Below are positions 53,168 to 62,650 of a DNA stretch of 64,000 nt, in pieces. A program made the position numbers and the translations under genes. This DNA is from Candidatus Omnitrophota bacterium (lineage in GTDB: Bacteria > Omnitrophota > Gorgyraeia > Gygaellales > Profunditerraquicolaceae): positions 2,226 through 66,225 of the forward strand of contig JAMWCL010000001.1 in the NCBI GenBank assembly GCA_023819035.1, read 5' to 3'. Position 1 is the first letter of the stretch. Every line of letters begins with the position of its first letter. Under the pieces are notes generated by a model, which ran no database searches, had not been told where the DNA came from, and saw only the letters and a program-made list of their open reading frames with translations.

Positions 53168-53983
53168 CTAATCCTTGAATTCTTTTAATCTTTGAACTAA
53201 GTCATAAGGTATCTTTATTGCACCTAATTTAATCTCTGGTTTATTTAAACCATGGCAATCAGAACCACCGGTTACTAAAAGATTATATTTTTGGGCTATT
53301 CCTAAGTAATTTTCTATCATAGAATGGGTATGCTCCGGATAATAAACCTCCAGCCCTTTAAGTCCTAAATCAATAAATTTAAAGATAAGCTCCTGCGGAT
53401 TAATACTATAAGGATGGGCAAGTACAGGTATTCCCTTTGCCTGGATAATTAAATCTATTGCCTCTTTCGGGCTTAAATTAAATCCTAATATATAAGCAGG
53501 GGATTTCTCTCCAATATATTTTTTAAATGCCTCACCTATTGAATCCACAAAACCATATTTTTTCATCGCCATAGCCAGATGCATCCTTCCTACTGCTGCA
53601 TGCTTAGCTAAGCTAAAAACCGATTCCGCATCCAAATTTATACCCATGTCTTTTAATTTCTCGATCATTTTGTATATCCTTATCCGACGATCTGCTTTAA
53701 GGGATTCTAATCTTTTTTTTAAATATTGATCATGGTAATCAATAAGATACCCTAAAATATGTACCTCCGCATCCGCATATTGAGCAGTAAGCTCTATACC
53801 CGGCAATACCTCAATACCTATTTCTTTCGATACCCCTAAGGCAGGTTCAATGCTATCTACTGTATCATGATCTACTATCGAGATACAAGATAAACCTGCT
53901 TCCTTAGACAGAAAAGCAAGTTCCTGGGGCGCATAGGTACTATCAGAAAATACCGTATGAAGATGAAGATCCGCAAATTCCAT
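53168..53983 (-). CDS. PHP-domain phosphoesterase.
   Basis: DLHLHTVFSDS motif I and downstream His/Asp motifs. Confidence 0.7.
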   Translation of the reverse strand: MEFADLHLHTVFSDSTYAPQELAFLSKEAGLSCISIVDHDTVDSIEPALGVSKEIGIEVLPGIELTAQYADAEVHILGYLIDYHDQYLKKRLESLKADRRIRIYKMIEKLKDMGINLDAESVFSLAKHAAVGRMHLAMAMKKYGFVDSIGEAFKKYIGEKSPAYILGFNLSPKEAIDLIIQAKGIPVLAHPYSINPQELIFKFIDLGLKGLEVYYPEHTHSMIENYLGIAQKYNLLVTGGSDCHGLNKPEIKLGAIKIPYDLVQRLKEFKD

Positions 53984-54391
53984 CTATTTTCCTAAAGACT
54001 TAATCTTATCTAATATTCCGTTAACAAACCTGCCTGCTTCTAAACCTGAATACCTCTTGGCGAGCTCAACCGCCTCATTGATAGAAACCTTGGGAGGGAT
54101 ATCCTCTCTAAATAAAAGCTCATAACTTCCCAAACGCAGGATATTCCTATCCACAACCGCCATGCGTTTAAGTTGCCAATTAGTTGCATATTGAGAGATC
54201 TTTTCATCGATTGCATTTAAATGTTCGGCTACCCCTTCGACAAGCTCGCTTGTAAAATCCTTAATCTCTTTATTTACCTTTCCTTGTGTCTGCCAGAAGT
54301 TATCCAAACAGACATGGTAGCTATCTTGGGTAATATCCATCTGATAAAGAATCTGAAGGGCAAATTCTCGGGCACGACTGCGTTTACGCAT
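53984..54391 (-). CDS. nusB: Transcription antitermination factor NusB.
   Basis: RSRAREFALQILYQMD...RLGSYELLF. Confidence 0.85.
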   Translation of the reverse strand: MRKRSRAREFALQILYQMDITQDSYHVCLDNFWQTQGKVNKEIKDFTSELVEGVAEHLNAIDEKISQYATNWQLKRMAVVDRNILRLGSYELLFREDIPPKVSINEAVELAKRYSGLEAGRFVNGILDKIKSLGK

Positions 54392-54402
54392 TTCTTAAAT
54401 TA

Positions 54403-54867
54403 TTATATCTTTTCAAGAAGATTAGCCATCTCGATTGCGGAAAGCGCAGCGTCTCTACCTTTATTACCCTCCTTGGTTCCTGCGCGTTCAATTGCCTGCT
54501 CGATTGTATCCGCAGTAATAATCCCAAAGATTACCGGTAAACCTGTTTCTAAGGAAACCCTTGATATTCCTTTGGCTACCTCAGAGGCGATATATTCAAA
54601 ATGAGGGGTTGAGCCTCTGATTACTGCTCCCAAACAGATAATTGCATCGTATGACTTTGATTTAGCTAGTTTCTGAGCTAATAAAGGAATCTCAAAGGCT
54701 CCCGGCGTCCAGGCTACAACCAGATTGTTCTCTTCCGCCCCATGTCTGATTAAGGTATCTACACAACCACGAATTAGTTCCTTGGTAATAAAATCATTAA
54801 AGCGAGAAGCAATGATCCCGAATTTTTTTCCTTTGGCAATAAGACTGGCCTCTAATGTCTTTACCAT
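54403..54867 (-). CDS. ribH: 6,7-dimethyl-8-ribityllumazine synthase.
   Basis: [28 protein letters not shown]...[17 protein letters not shown]. Confidence 0.9.
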   Translation of the reverse strand: MVKTLEASLIAKGKKFGIIASRFNDFITKELIRGCVDTLIRHGAEENNLVVAWTPGAFEIPLLAQKLAKSKSYDAIICLGAVIRGSTPHFEYIASEVAKGISRVSLETGLPVIFGIITADTIEQAIERAGTKEGNKGRDAALSAIEMANLLEKI

Positions 54868-54881
54868 AATCTACCTCCTTT

Positions 54882-56090
54882 TTATATGTTTAATTGATGG
54901 CCTAGTTTTTCCTTTTTTGTCCTAAGGTAATGATAATTTAAAGGATTGGGTTCAATCTCTAAAGGAACCCTCTGGATTACCTTAAGACCATACCCTTCGA
55001 TCCCCACAATCTTACGGGGATTATTAGTCATTAATCGGATCTTCTTCAATCCTAAATCAACTAAAATCTGCGCACCTATACCATAGTCTCTTAAATCTGC
55101 CTTATAACCCAATGCCTCATTGGCTTGAACTGTATCTAATCCTCTATCCTGGAGATTATAAGCGCGGATCTTATCCACCAACCCTATTCCCCGACCCTCC
55201 TGACTCATATAGACGATAACCCCCTTCTTTTCTTCCTGAATCATCTGCATTGCTTTCCTTAACTGTCTGCCACAATCACAGCGCAAAGAATTAAATACAT
55301 CACCTGTAAGACACTCTGAATGCATCCTTACCAAAACCGGTTCATCCTTCCAAATGCCTAAGGTAAGAGCAATATGGTATTGATTATGGATCAGATCACG
55401 GTATAAGATTAGGTTATACTGACCAAACTCGGTAGGTAAAACCGTCTCAGACACCCGTTCAATTAACCTTTCATAACGTCGGCGATATTCAATAATATCT
55501 GCAATGGAACATATTTTTAGATTATGCCTTCTGCAGAATTCGCGTAGCTGGGGAAGTCTTGCCATTGTCCCATCGTCATTCATAATCTCACATATCACCC
55601 CTGCCGGATAAAGACCTGCCAATCTCATTAAATCCACCGCTGCCTCGGTGTGACCTGCCCTTACCAAGACCCCACCCTTAACCGCTTTCAAAGGAAAGAT
55701 ATGACCTGGCCTGACTAAATCTTCGGGTTGAGTCTGAGGATTTATCAAAACCTTAATTGTCCAAGCACGGTCATAAGCAGAGATGCCGGTAGTAATCCCT
55801 GAGGCTGCATCTACCGAAATCATCCAGGCAGTTGAGAATTTATCCTTATTTTTATAAAGATGCTCATCTTTTACCATTGGCTCGAGGTTCAACTCTTTTA
55901 ATCTGTTCTCCTCCATGGGTACACAGATAAGCCCTCTGCCTTCCTTAGCCATAAAATTTATATCCTCAGGCCTCACAAAAGATGCAGGCATTACCAGGTC
56001 GCCTTCATTCTCCCTGTCCTCATCATCTACAACTACGACCATCCTTCCTTTTTTTAAATCCTCTAATATCTCAGCAATAGAATTAAACAT
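54882..56090 (-). CDS. ribBA: Bifunctional DHBP synthase / GTP cyclohydrolase II.
   Basis: DDEDRENEGDLV (RibB) and CDCGRQ...ANEALGYKADLRDYG (RibA Zn and catalytic blocks). Confidence 0.9.
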   Translation of the reverse strand: MFNSIAEILEDLKKGRMVVVVDDEDRENEGDLVMPASFVRPEDINFMAKEGRGLICVPMEENRLKELNLEPMVKDEHLYKNKDKFSTAWMISVDAASGITTGISAYDRAWTIKVLINPQTQPEDLVRPGHIFPLKAVKGGVLVRAGHTEAAVDLMRLAGLYPAGVICEIMNDDGTMARLPQLREFCRRHNLKICSIADIIEYRRRYERLIERVSETVLPTEFGQYNLILYRDLIHNQYHIALTLGIWKDEPVLVRMHSECLTGDVFNSLRCDCGRQLRKAMQMIQEEKKGVIVYMSQEGRGIGLVDKIRAYNLQDRGLDTVQANEALGYKADLRDYGIGAQILVDLGLKKIRLMTNNPRKIVGIEGYGLKVIQRVPLEIEPNPLNYHYLRTKKEKLGHQLNI

Positions 56091-56103
56091 CTTTAAAAAT
56101 GCC

Positions 56104-56345
56104 TAAAAATGATTTTACCCGAAGATAATCTTCGGGTAATATCGGGTACCTTTTAAAGGTAATCTTCTCCCATCTGGACTATATGTCGAATAGAATCTCT
56201 ATTCGACACCCCGAAAATAGCAGGATATTTTATCCACTATATTCGGGACCATCGGCTCTGGAATTTCACCAGCTCTACCCTCCCTTTGAGGGCTCGCGGG
56301 CTTTACCGCCGGTCAGGGATCTCACCTTGCCCCGAAGATTAATTT
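56104..56345 (-). promoter_or_regulatory. FMN riboswitch (RFN element) with terminator hairpin, in the leader of ribBA.
   Basis: The reverse complement reads CUUCGGGGCAAGGUGAGAUCCCUGACCGGCGGUAAAGCCCGCGAGCC...GCUGGUGAAAUUCCAGAGCCGAUGGUC...AGUCCAGAUGGGAGAAGAUUA. This matches the conserved RFN blocks. It is followed by hairpin acccgaagauUAUcuucgggu (56117-56137) and a U-run. Confidence 0.8.
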
Positions 56346-56347
56346 AT

Positions 56348-56375
56348 ATTATAATCTGAAATCGGAACTTGTCAA
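56348..56375 (-). promoter_or_regulatory. Consensus sigma-70 promoter of the rib operon.
   Basis: Minus strand TTGACA (56375-56370), 16-nt spacer, TATAAT (56353-56348), placed about 8 nt upstream of the riboswitch 5' end. Confidence 0.55.
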
Positions 56376-56406
56376 CAGTTTAAAAAAGCAATATAATATA
56401 ATAAAA

Positions 56407-56874
56407 ATGCATTTTCTTGTAAAACAAGTACATAAAATTTTATTAAAAAAACAAAAGACTATCGCGGTAGCAGAATCTTGCAGTGGGGGTTTGCTTTCCA
56501 AGGTCCTTACCGACCTACCTGGTAGCTCCCGATATTTTATCTTAGGAATAGTTGCCTATAGTAATAAAGCAAAGATAAATCTTTTAGGTATCCCCTCAAA
56601 TATCCTTAAACACTCCCAAGCAGTATCTAAGGAAGTAGCTAGTCTTATGGCAAAAAAAATAAGACAGATTGTCAACACAGATCTGGGAATAGGAATAACC
56701 GGGATCGCCGGTCCCACTGGTGGAACAGCAAAACTTCCAAAAGGTACAGTATTTATTGCCTTGGAGACTAAAAATAAAAAGATCTGTAAGGAATTTCATT
56801 TTAAAGGAAACCGTTTAGAGGTCCGCAAAAAAGCAGTATTGAATGCATTATCTTTAATTAAAAATCTTTTATGA
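56407..56874 (+). CDS. pncC: CinA C-terminal domain protein / nicotinamide-nucleotide amidase.
   Basis: IAVAESCSGGLLSKVLTDLPGSSRYFILGIVAYSNKAK. Confidence 0.8.
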   Translation: MHFLVKQVHKILLKKQKTIAVAESCSGGLLSKVLTDLPGSSRYFILGIVAYSNKAKINLLGIPSNILKHSQAVSKEVASLMAKKIRQIVNTDLGIGITGIAGPTGGTAKLPKGTVFIALETKNKKICKEFHFKGNRLEVRKKAVLNALSLIKNLL

Positions 56875-57443
56875 GGATTTTTATTGCTATCCAGTTACCT
56901 GATAAGCTCAAGGAATACCTTAGTAGTATCCAGGAAAGATTAAAAAAAACCGGCGCGGATGTGAAATGGGTAGAACCCCACAATATCCATCTAACCCTAA
57001 AATTCTTAGGAGAAATTGAGAAAAAAAAATTAGAAGATATAATTAAAATTATAGAAAGGATAGCTAAAAACAAGAAGGAATTTACTATTCAGCTTTCTTC
57101 TTTAGGGGCATTTCCTAAAATAGATTTTCCGCGTGTAATCTGGATAGGGATCAACAAAGGCCAAGACCAAACTAAACAGATCGTTCAAGAATTAGAAGAA
57201 GGGCTTTTTCAAATAGGAATTCCTAAAGAAAAACGGCCATTCTTAAGTCATATTACTATCGGCAGGGTCCGTTCAAGTTTAAATCGCAAAGAGTTAGCCT
57301 CTGAGATTGGAAGTCTTCAGACTAACCTTGAAAATAATAAGTTAGAATTTGTAGCAAAAGGGATTACCCTTTTTAAAAGCATCCTTACACCGCAGGGTCC
57401 TATCTATGAAGCCTTAAAAGAAATTAACCTTGCTACTATCTGA
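56871..57443 (+). CDS. thpR: RNA 2',3'-cyclic phosphodiesterase (2H family, LigT/ThpR).
   Basis: Two H-x-T/S-x motifs: HNIHLTLKFLG and SHITIGRV. Confidence 0.8.
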   Translation: MRIFIAIQLPDKLKEYLSSIQERLKKTGADVKWVEPHNIHLTLKFLGEIEKKKLEDIIKIIERIAKNKKEFTIQLSSLGAFPKIDFPRVIWIGINKGQDQTKQIVQELEEGLFQIGIPKEKRPFLSHITIGRVRSSLNRKELASEIGSLQTNLENNKLEFVAKGITLFKSILTPQGPIYEALKEINLATI

Positions 57444-57871
57444 AGGATAAGATTGGTGTATAGACCACTTAAAATATCGTCTCCCATTATTCCCAGGCTT
57501 CCCCTTAAATTCTGGATTTTATTTATAGGATAGGGCTTTACTGCATCAATAATCCGAAATAATCCAAAGCCAGCAATTACTAATTTAAGATCATAGGGAA
57601 CAAAAACTAAGGATAAAAGCATACCGCAGACTTCATCAATTACAACCATCGCAGGATCTTTTTTGGCAAATATTTTTTCTGCTTTAGTGGTAGTTAAAAA
57701 GCCCAAAAGCATTAGCAGAAAAATTAAACTTATATATGCAAAAAGATTTCCTTTAATTAAATAAAACAAAAATAAAGCAAATATACTGGCAAATGTTCCG
57801 GGAATAAAAGGAAGATAACCTATATAAAAAAAGGTACTGAGCATTTTAACTAAAGAATCGTTCTTATCCAT
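57404..57871 (-). CDS. pgpA: Phosphatidylglycerophosphatase A.
   Basis: PgpA family membrane protein (FIPGTFASIF...DEVCGM). The start is placed at the internal ATG at 57869-57871. The longer track ORF would overlap pgsA by about 130 nt. Confidence 0.6.
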   Translation of the reverse strand: MDKNDSLVKMLSTFFYIGYLPFIPGTFASIFALFLFYLIKGNLFAYISLIFLLMLLGFLTTTKAEKIFAKKDPAMVVIDEVCGMLLSLVFVPYDLKLVIAGFGLFRIIDAVKPYPINKIQNLRGSLGIMGDDILSGLYTNLILQIVARLISFKAS

Positions 57872-57876
57872 AGAGA

Positions 57877-58455
57877 TTAAATCTTGGTGATGATATGGCG
57901 ATTCTCGTAAAGATAGGAAAGACCTGAATAGAGGGTAAAGACAACCGTAATTAACATAAGTACAAAGATACTTCTGCAGAAGATCTTCTCCCAGTTCGGG
58001 TTCCAAATAGAATAGGTCTTTATGGCTTCCTTTATAACAATAAAACAGAGAACAGCAACGATTACAAACATCTGAGAGATGGTTTTATGCTTTCCTGCTT
58101 TTGTTGCAGAAAGTACCTTTCCTTTATTTAAAGCAAACAGTCTTAGCGAGGTAATAATTAATTCACGCGAGATTATAATTATAAACATCCAGGCTTTAAT
58201 CAACTGCATCTGGACAAAGACAGCAAAGGCAGATAAGACCAGAATCTTATCCGCAATGGGGTCCATAAGCTTACCGAAATCAGTGACCATATTATTTTTC
58301 TGAGCAATCCTTCCATCTAAAAAATCAGAGACCGCAGCAAAGATAAAGATTACCAAACTTAAAACCTTTGCCCAGAGCCCCTGCCTGGATAAGAAGAACA
58401 TAAACACAAATGTTAAAATGATTCTAAGGATAGTTAATCTATTGGGAATATTCAT
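57877..58455 (-). CDS. pgsA: CDP-diacylglycerol--glycerol-3-phosphate 3-phosphatidyltransferase.
   Basis: CDP-alcohol phosphatidyltransferase motif DFLDGRIAQKNN...GKLMDPIADK. Confidence 0.85.
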   Translation of the reverse strand: MNIPNRLTILRIILTFVFMFFLSRQGLWAKVLSLVIFIFAAVSDFLDGRIAQKNNMVTDFGKLMDPIADKILVLSAFAVFVQMQLIKAWMFIIIISRELIITSLRLFALNKGKVLSATKAGKHKTISQMFVIVAVLCFIVIKEAIKTYSIWNPNWEKIFCRSIFVLMLITVVFTLYSGLSYLYENRHIITKI

Positions 58456-59702
58456 TTGATCTGCCTTCCTACTAAATCGTACTGGAGGGTATCTACAATC
58501 TTTACCTTTACAAATTCACCGGGTTTTAATCTTCTTTTTGCATCTACATAAACTAACCCATCTACCTCTGGCGCATCATATTGGCTCCTGCCTAAATAAC
58601 CATCTTGTCTTTCTTCATCAATTAATACCTCTAAGCTCTTGCCTAAGAATCTCTGATTTAGCTGTTCAGATATTCTTTTCTGCAAAGACATTACTAAATG
58701 AAAACGTTCTAATTTTATCTTTTTAGGGATTTGGTGTTTAAAATTGTAGGCGGCAGTTCCTTCTTCCCGAGAATAAACAAATGCCCCCAGCCTTTCGAAC
58801 TTTACATCTTCAATAAAATCGAGTAATTCCTTAAACTCCTTCTCGGTCTCTGAAGGAAAACCCACAATAATAGATGTCCTTATTGCTACAGAAGGAATCT
58901 TTTTTCTAATCTTTTCTATCAACCTTAAAATCTCTTCTTTAGTTATGCCCCTTTGCATTAATTTTAAGATACGGTTATTTATATGCTGTAAAGGAAGATC
59001 CACATACTTTACTATCTTAGGTTCTTCTCTAATTAAATCCAATAGCTCATCATTTAAGCGTGTGGGATATAAATAAAGTAATCTTAGCCAATGAATATTT
59101 TTTATTTTTTTAATTATTTCTTTAATTAAATCGGTTAATCTTACTCTCCCATATAAATCCAAACCATATCCGGTAATATCCTGACCGATAATATTTAATT
59201 CCTTTGTTCCTGTTTTATCCAGGGCTTCTATTTTAGCTAATATAGAATCTATATCTAAACTTATAAATCCCTGCTTTATTTTAGGTACTATACAGTAACT
59301 ACAATTATTAAGGCAACCTTCGCAGATTTTAAAATAAGCGTAGTGCTTGGGGGTTAAAGGAAATCTTTTTAAATCGTGATTCAAGGTTATCCTACCCACA
59401 AAAGCATCTACCTCGGGAAGATATCTTATTAACCTTTCCTTATAGCGTTGAGGAAGACAACCGTAGACGATAATCTTTTTAAGCCTACCCTCCTTCTTAA
59501 GTTCAATCAGATCCAGTATTGCCTCTATGGATTCGTTCTTTGCATCTTCAATAAAAGCACAAGTATTAATAATACCGATCTCTGCTTCATTCATATCTAC
59601 AATCTTATATTTTTTAAAATTAAGGCGTGAAAGGATGCTTTCTGAATCAACTAGATTTCGCGGGCAACCTAAACTTAAGATTCCTATCTTCGGCCTGTCC
59701 AT
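58452..59702 (-). CDS. rimO: MiaB-family radical SAM methylthiotransferase, probably RimO.
   Basis: N-terminal MTTase domain (LGCPRN...TCAF), radical SAM CEGCLNNCSYC, C-terminal TRAM domain. Confidence 0.75.
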   Translation of the reverse strand: MDRPKIGILSLGCPRNLVDSESILSRLNFKKYKIVDMNEAEIGIINTCAFIEDAKNESIEAILDLIELKKEGRLKKIIVYGCLPQRYKERLIRYLPEVDAFVGRITLNHDLKRFPLTPKHYAYFKICEGCLNNCSYCIVPKIKQGFISLDIDSILAKIEALDKTGTKELNIIGQDITGYGLDLYGRVRLTDLIKEIIKKIKNIHWLRLLYLYPTRLNDELLDLIREEPKIVKYVDLPLQHINNRILKLMQRGITKEEILRLIEKIRKKIPSVAIRTSIIVGFPSETEKEFKELLDFIEDVKFERLGAFVYSREEGTAAYNFKHQIPKKIKLERFHLVMSLQKRISEQLNQRFLGKSLEVLIDEERQDGYLGRSQYDAPEVDGLVYVDAKRRLKPGEFVKVKIVDTLQYDLVGRQIK

Positions 59703-59703
59703 C

Positions 59704-60477
59704 TTAGTGTAATACCCTTAAGCCTTCCTTAGGGGTGATTATAATATTCTTAATTGCCTGACCTTTTTTACCCAAGGCAGGCATAACCTTACCATTTACC
59801 TCTAAAACCACTGCCCCTGCATTTCCCAAGGAAAGCTCAATCTTATCCTTGGCCTGCCAGGTCTCGGCTTTCCCCTTTATTAATATATTCTGAAATACCA
59901 CCTTACCATCAAGGCTTAATTTTATCCAGCAATTATCCTTTGCTTCAATAACCAATCTTATTCCATTACCTGGAACCTGTATGGGAATGGGCTCGGATCT
60001 GGTTAGCGATTCTTTAGAGGTTAAAACCTCTTCTTGAATAGATGAAGCTATTCTTTTTTGTTTCTTAACCAGGTTTTCCTGTCTTAAGAAGTGAATAAAT
60101 CTAAATAAGGTAAATCCTAAAAAACCAATGATTAAAACTATTAGGACAACCCTAATTGATTCAGCAAGTAGCTCCCAATCCTTTGAGGCTTTTTTAATCA
60201 ATATCCGCTTTTCTTCTCTATTTTGAGCTGTCCTTAAAGTAGTTATAGAAGATGTTTGAGGGTAATATTGGGAAAGATACTCCTGAGGGTCAACACCCAA
60301 AAATTTACAATAGATCTTTACAAAACCTTTAATATAAACAGGGCTTATATTAGTAGATGAATCATCTTCAATTGCTTTTAAAATGTGTGGGCTAATCTTT
60401 GTAAACTTACTTACCTCTTCAAGACTTAAGCCCTTTTCTAAACGTAATTTCTTAAGCCTTTCTCCCTTAGATTCCAT
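59704..60477 (-). CDS. rodZ: RodZ-like cytoskeleton protein (helix-turn-helix, transmembrane helix, C-terminal DUF4115-like).
   Basis: Helix-turn-helix LRLEKGLSLEEVSKFTKISPHILKAIE, one transmembrane helix, beta-rich C-terminus. Confidence 0.6.
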   Translation of the reverse strand: MESKGERLKKLRLEKGLSLEEVSKFTKISPHILKAIEDDSSTNISPVYIKGFVKIYCKFLGVDPQEYLSQYYPQTSSITTLRTAQNREEKRILIKKASKDWELLAESIRVVLIVLIIGFLGFTLFRFIHFLRQENLVKKQKRIASSIQEEVLTSKESLTRSEPIPIQVPGNGIRLVIEAKDNCWIKLSLDGKVVFQNILIKGKAETWQAKDKIELSLGNAGAVVLEVNGKVMPALGKKGQAIKNIIITPKEGLRVLH

Positions 60478-62650
60478 CTTGCTTACTGAATTCTTCTTTC
60501 TTCTTTGCTAAATCCTTTAGCCAGGCCTCTCTATCAACTAAGATCTTGCGGGGTCTACTTCCTTCAAAAGGACCGATGAGGCCTTCCTGCTCCATCATGT
60601 CAATAATCCGGGCAGCACGCGTATAACCTAAACGCATCCTCCTTTGTAAAATTGAAACCGAGGCCTGATTGCTTTCCATAATTACCCTTACCGCTTCATC
60701 ATAAAGCTCATCCTTTACCCCCTCAATTAAAGAAGGTCGGGCTTGCTCCTTAAGTATCTCCTCATCATAAAGGGTTTCACTCTGGGATTTGATAAAATCT
60801 ACAACCCGTACAATCTCATTATCCGTAACTAAACATCCCTGGGCACGAATCAGTTTAGATTCGCCGGGTCTTAAAAATAACATATCCCCTTTTCCTAAAA
60901 GTTTATCTGCGCCATTCATATCTAAAACTGTTCTTGAATCTACCTTTGAGGCAACCTTAAAGGAGATTCTTGCCGGAAGATTTGCTTTAATTACACCGGT
61001 AACTACATCTACCGATGGTCTTTGAGTAGCTAGGATCAAATGAATCCCTACCGCACGAGAAAGTTGAGCTAAACGTGTAACCGCATTCTCAACCTGTTCG
61101 CTGGAGACACTCATCAGATCCGCGAACTCATCAATAACTACCACAATATAAGGAAGCTTTTCTTGTTTTTCATTATATGCTTCGATATTCCTTGCGCCTA
61201 CCTTCGCCAAAAGTCGATAGCGTTGTTCCATCTCATTCACTACCCAATTAAGGACAATATAGGCCTTCTTTGCTTCTGTGACCACAGGACATAACAAATG
61301 AGGCAAATCATTAAAATTAGCAAGCTCTACCATCTTAGGATCAATCATTAAGAATCTTAAATCCTGAGGGGTGTTTCTAAAAAGTAATGTAAGAATTATG
61401 GAATTAACGCATACGGTCTTCCCTGAACCGGTAGTACCTGCAATTAAAAGATGGGGCATCTCATCTAAATCTGCAATCACCGGCTCGCCGGCAATATCTT
61501 TGCCGAGAGCTAAGGTTAACTTTGATTTTGCGGTTTGAAACTCTTTGGAGGCAAGCACCTCCTTTAAATAGACAAAACTACTTTGGGTATTAGGCACCTC
61601 AACCCCCACCCTACCCTTTCCTGGTATAGGGGCAATAATCCTTACTGACTGTGCCTTTAGACTTAAGGCGATATCATCACTTAAAGCGACAATTCGATTT
61701 AATTTTACCCCCGGGGCAGGCTCTAATTCATAGAGGGTAATTACAGGTCCCCGCTCAATATTAGTAACCTTAGCAGAAATTCCAAAATCTTCTAACGTCT
61801 CCTCTAATATCCTTGCATTTGAGGTAAGATCTTCCTTAATCTGCCTTGCCTCAAGAGGAGGAGGTGAATCCAATAAATCTAAACTGGGCAATTGATATTC
61901 CCCCGACTTTGGCTCTGAGGATTTTTTCCCTTGAGGCTCTAAAGACCTGGGTTTTATTTTAATCTGAATCTTGGGTTTTATCTCCGGGGCTTTTTTTAGA
62001 TTCTGCTCTGACTTTTCCATAATCGGTGGTGTAAAGTGCTCTTTTTTTATAGAAAGTAGCGAGTCTTCTTTTAAGCAGAGCCGGCTGAGCTTTCTTAACT
62101 TAAATATCGGTTTAAAAATATGCCTTGTCTTATCTATAATGCTTAAAAAGAGATTTGAAAGTAATACCTCCGTAAATAGAATTAACCCCAGAATAGTTAA
62201 AGAGGTAAGAATAATGTATCCCCCTAAACTGCCAAAATAATTATTTATAAACTTAGCAATAAAAAAACCGAAGAAACCCGCGTAACCGAAGCTTTTTGCT
62301 TCATCCTTTAAGAAAAAAAGACCGAAGAGACTGCTGGTAGATAATAAAAAAAATAATATACCTATAATTCGAATTAAACGCATCTCTACATTTCTTTGCT
62401 GAAAAAACCTTAATCCTATCCAGAAAATAAATAAAGGAATGAAAAGGCTGGATTTACCAAATAAAAACAAAACTATACCAGCAAGATATGCTCCGAATGT
62501 GTGAATAAAATTTTTAGGAGGGGTATTAGGGCTTGAGGTATAAAAAGAAAGATCAAAGGGAGTAAAAGAAATTAAACTTGCTAAAATAATTAATCCTAAA
62601 GCAACCAAGATCACCGCCTTAATCTCATTTATTCTTCTTTGTTTCATCAT
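60467..62650 (-). CDS. ftsK: DNA translocase FtsK/SpoIIIE.
   Basis: N-terminal transmembrane helices. Motor domain with Walker A GTTGSGKT and Walker [11 protein letters not shown]-terminal gamma winged-helix. Confidence 0.9.
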   Translation of the reverse strand: MMKQRRINEIKAVILVALGLIILASLISFTPFDLSFYTSSPNTPPKNFIHTFGAYLAGIVLFLFGKSSLFIPLFIFWIGLRFFQQRNVEMRLIRIIGILFFLLSTSSLFGLFFLKDEAKSFGYAGFFGFFIAKFINNYFGSLGGYIILTSLTILGLILFTEVLLSNLFLSIIDKTRHIFKPIFKLRKLSRLCLKEDSLLSIKKEHFTPPIMEKSEQNLKKAPEIKPKIQIKIKPRSLEPQGKKSSEPKSGEYQLPSLDLLDSPPPLEARQIKEDLTSNARILEETLEDFGISAKVTNIERGPVITLYELEPAPGVKLNRIVALSDDIALSLKAQSVRIIAPIPGKGRVGVEVPNTQSSFVYLKEVLASKEFQTAKSKLTLALGKDIAGEPVIADLDEMPHLLIAGTTGSGKTVCVNSIILTLLFRNTPQDLRFLMIDPKMVELANFNDLPHLLCPVVTEAKKAYIVLNWVVNEMEQRYRLLAKVGARNIEAYNEKQEKLPYIVVVIDEFADLMSVSSEQVENAVTRLAQLSRAVGIHLILATQRPSVDVVTGVIKANLPARISFKVASKVDSRTVLDMNGADKLLGKGDMLFLRPGESKLIRAQGCLVTDNEIVRVVDFIKSQSETLYDEEILKEQARPSLIEGVKDELYDEAVRVIMESNQASVSILQRRMRLGYTRAARIIDMMEQEGLIGPFEGSRPRKILVDREAWLKDLAKKKEEFSKQDGI

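Noticed and set aside
57872-58006. N-terminal 45-aa extension of the pgpA ORF as listed in the track
   Set aside because: It would overlap the 3' end of pgsA by about 130 nt in another frame. The conserved PgpA sequence begins at the internal Met (ATG 57869-57871).
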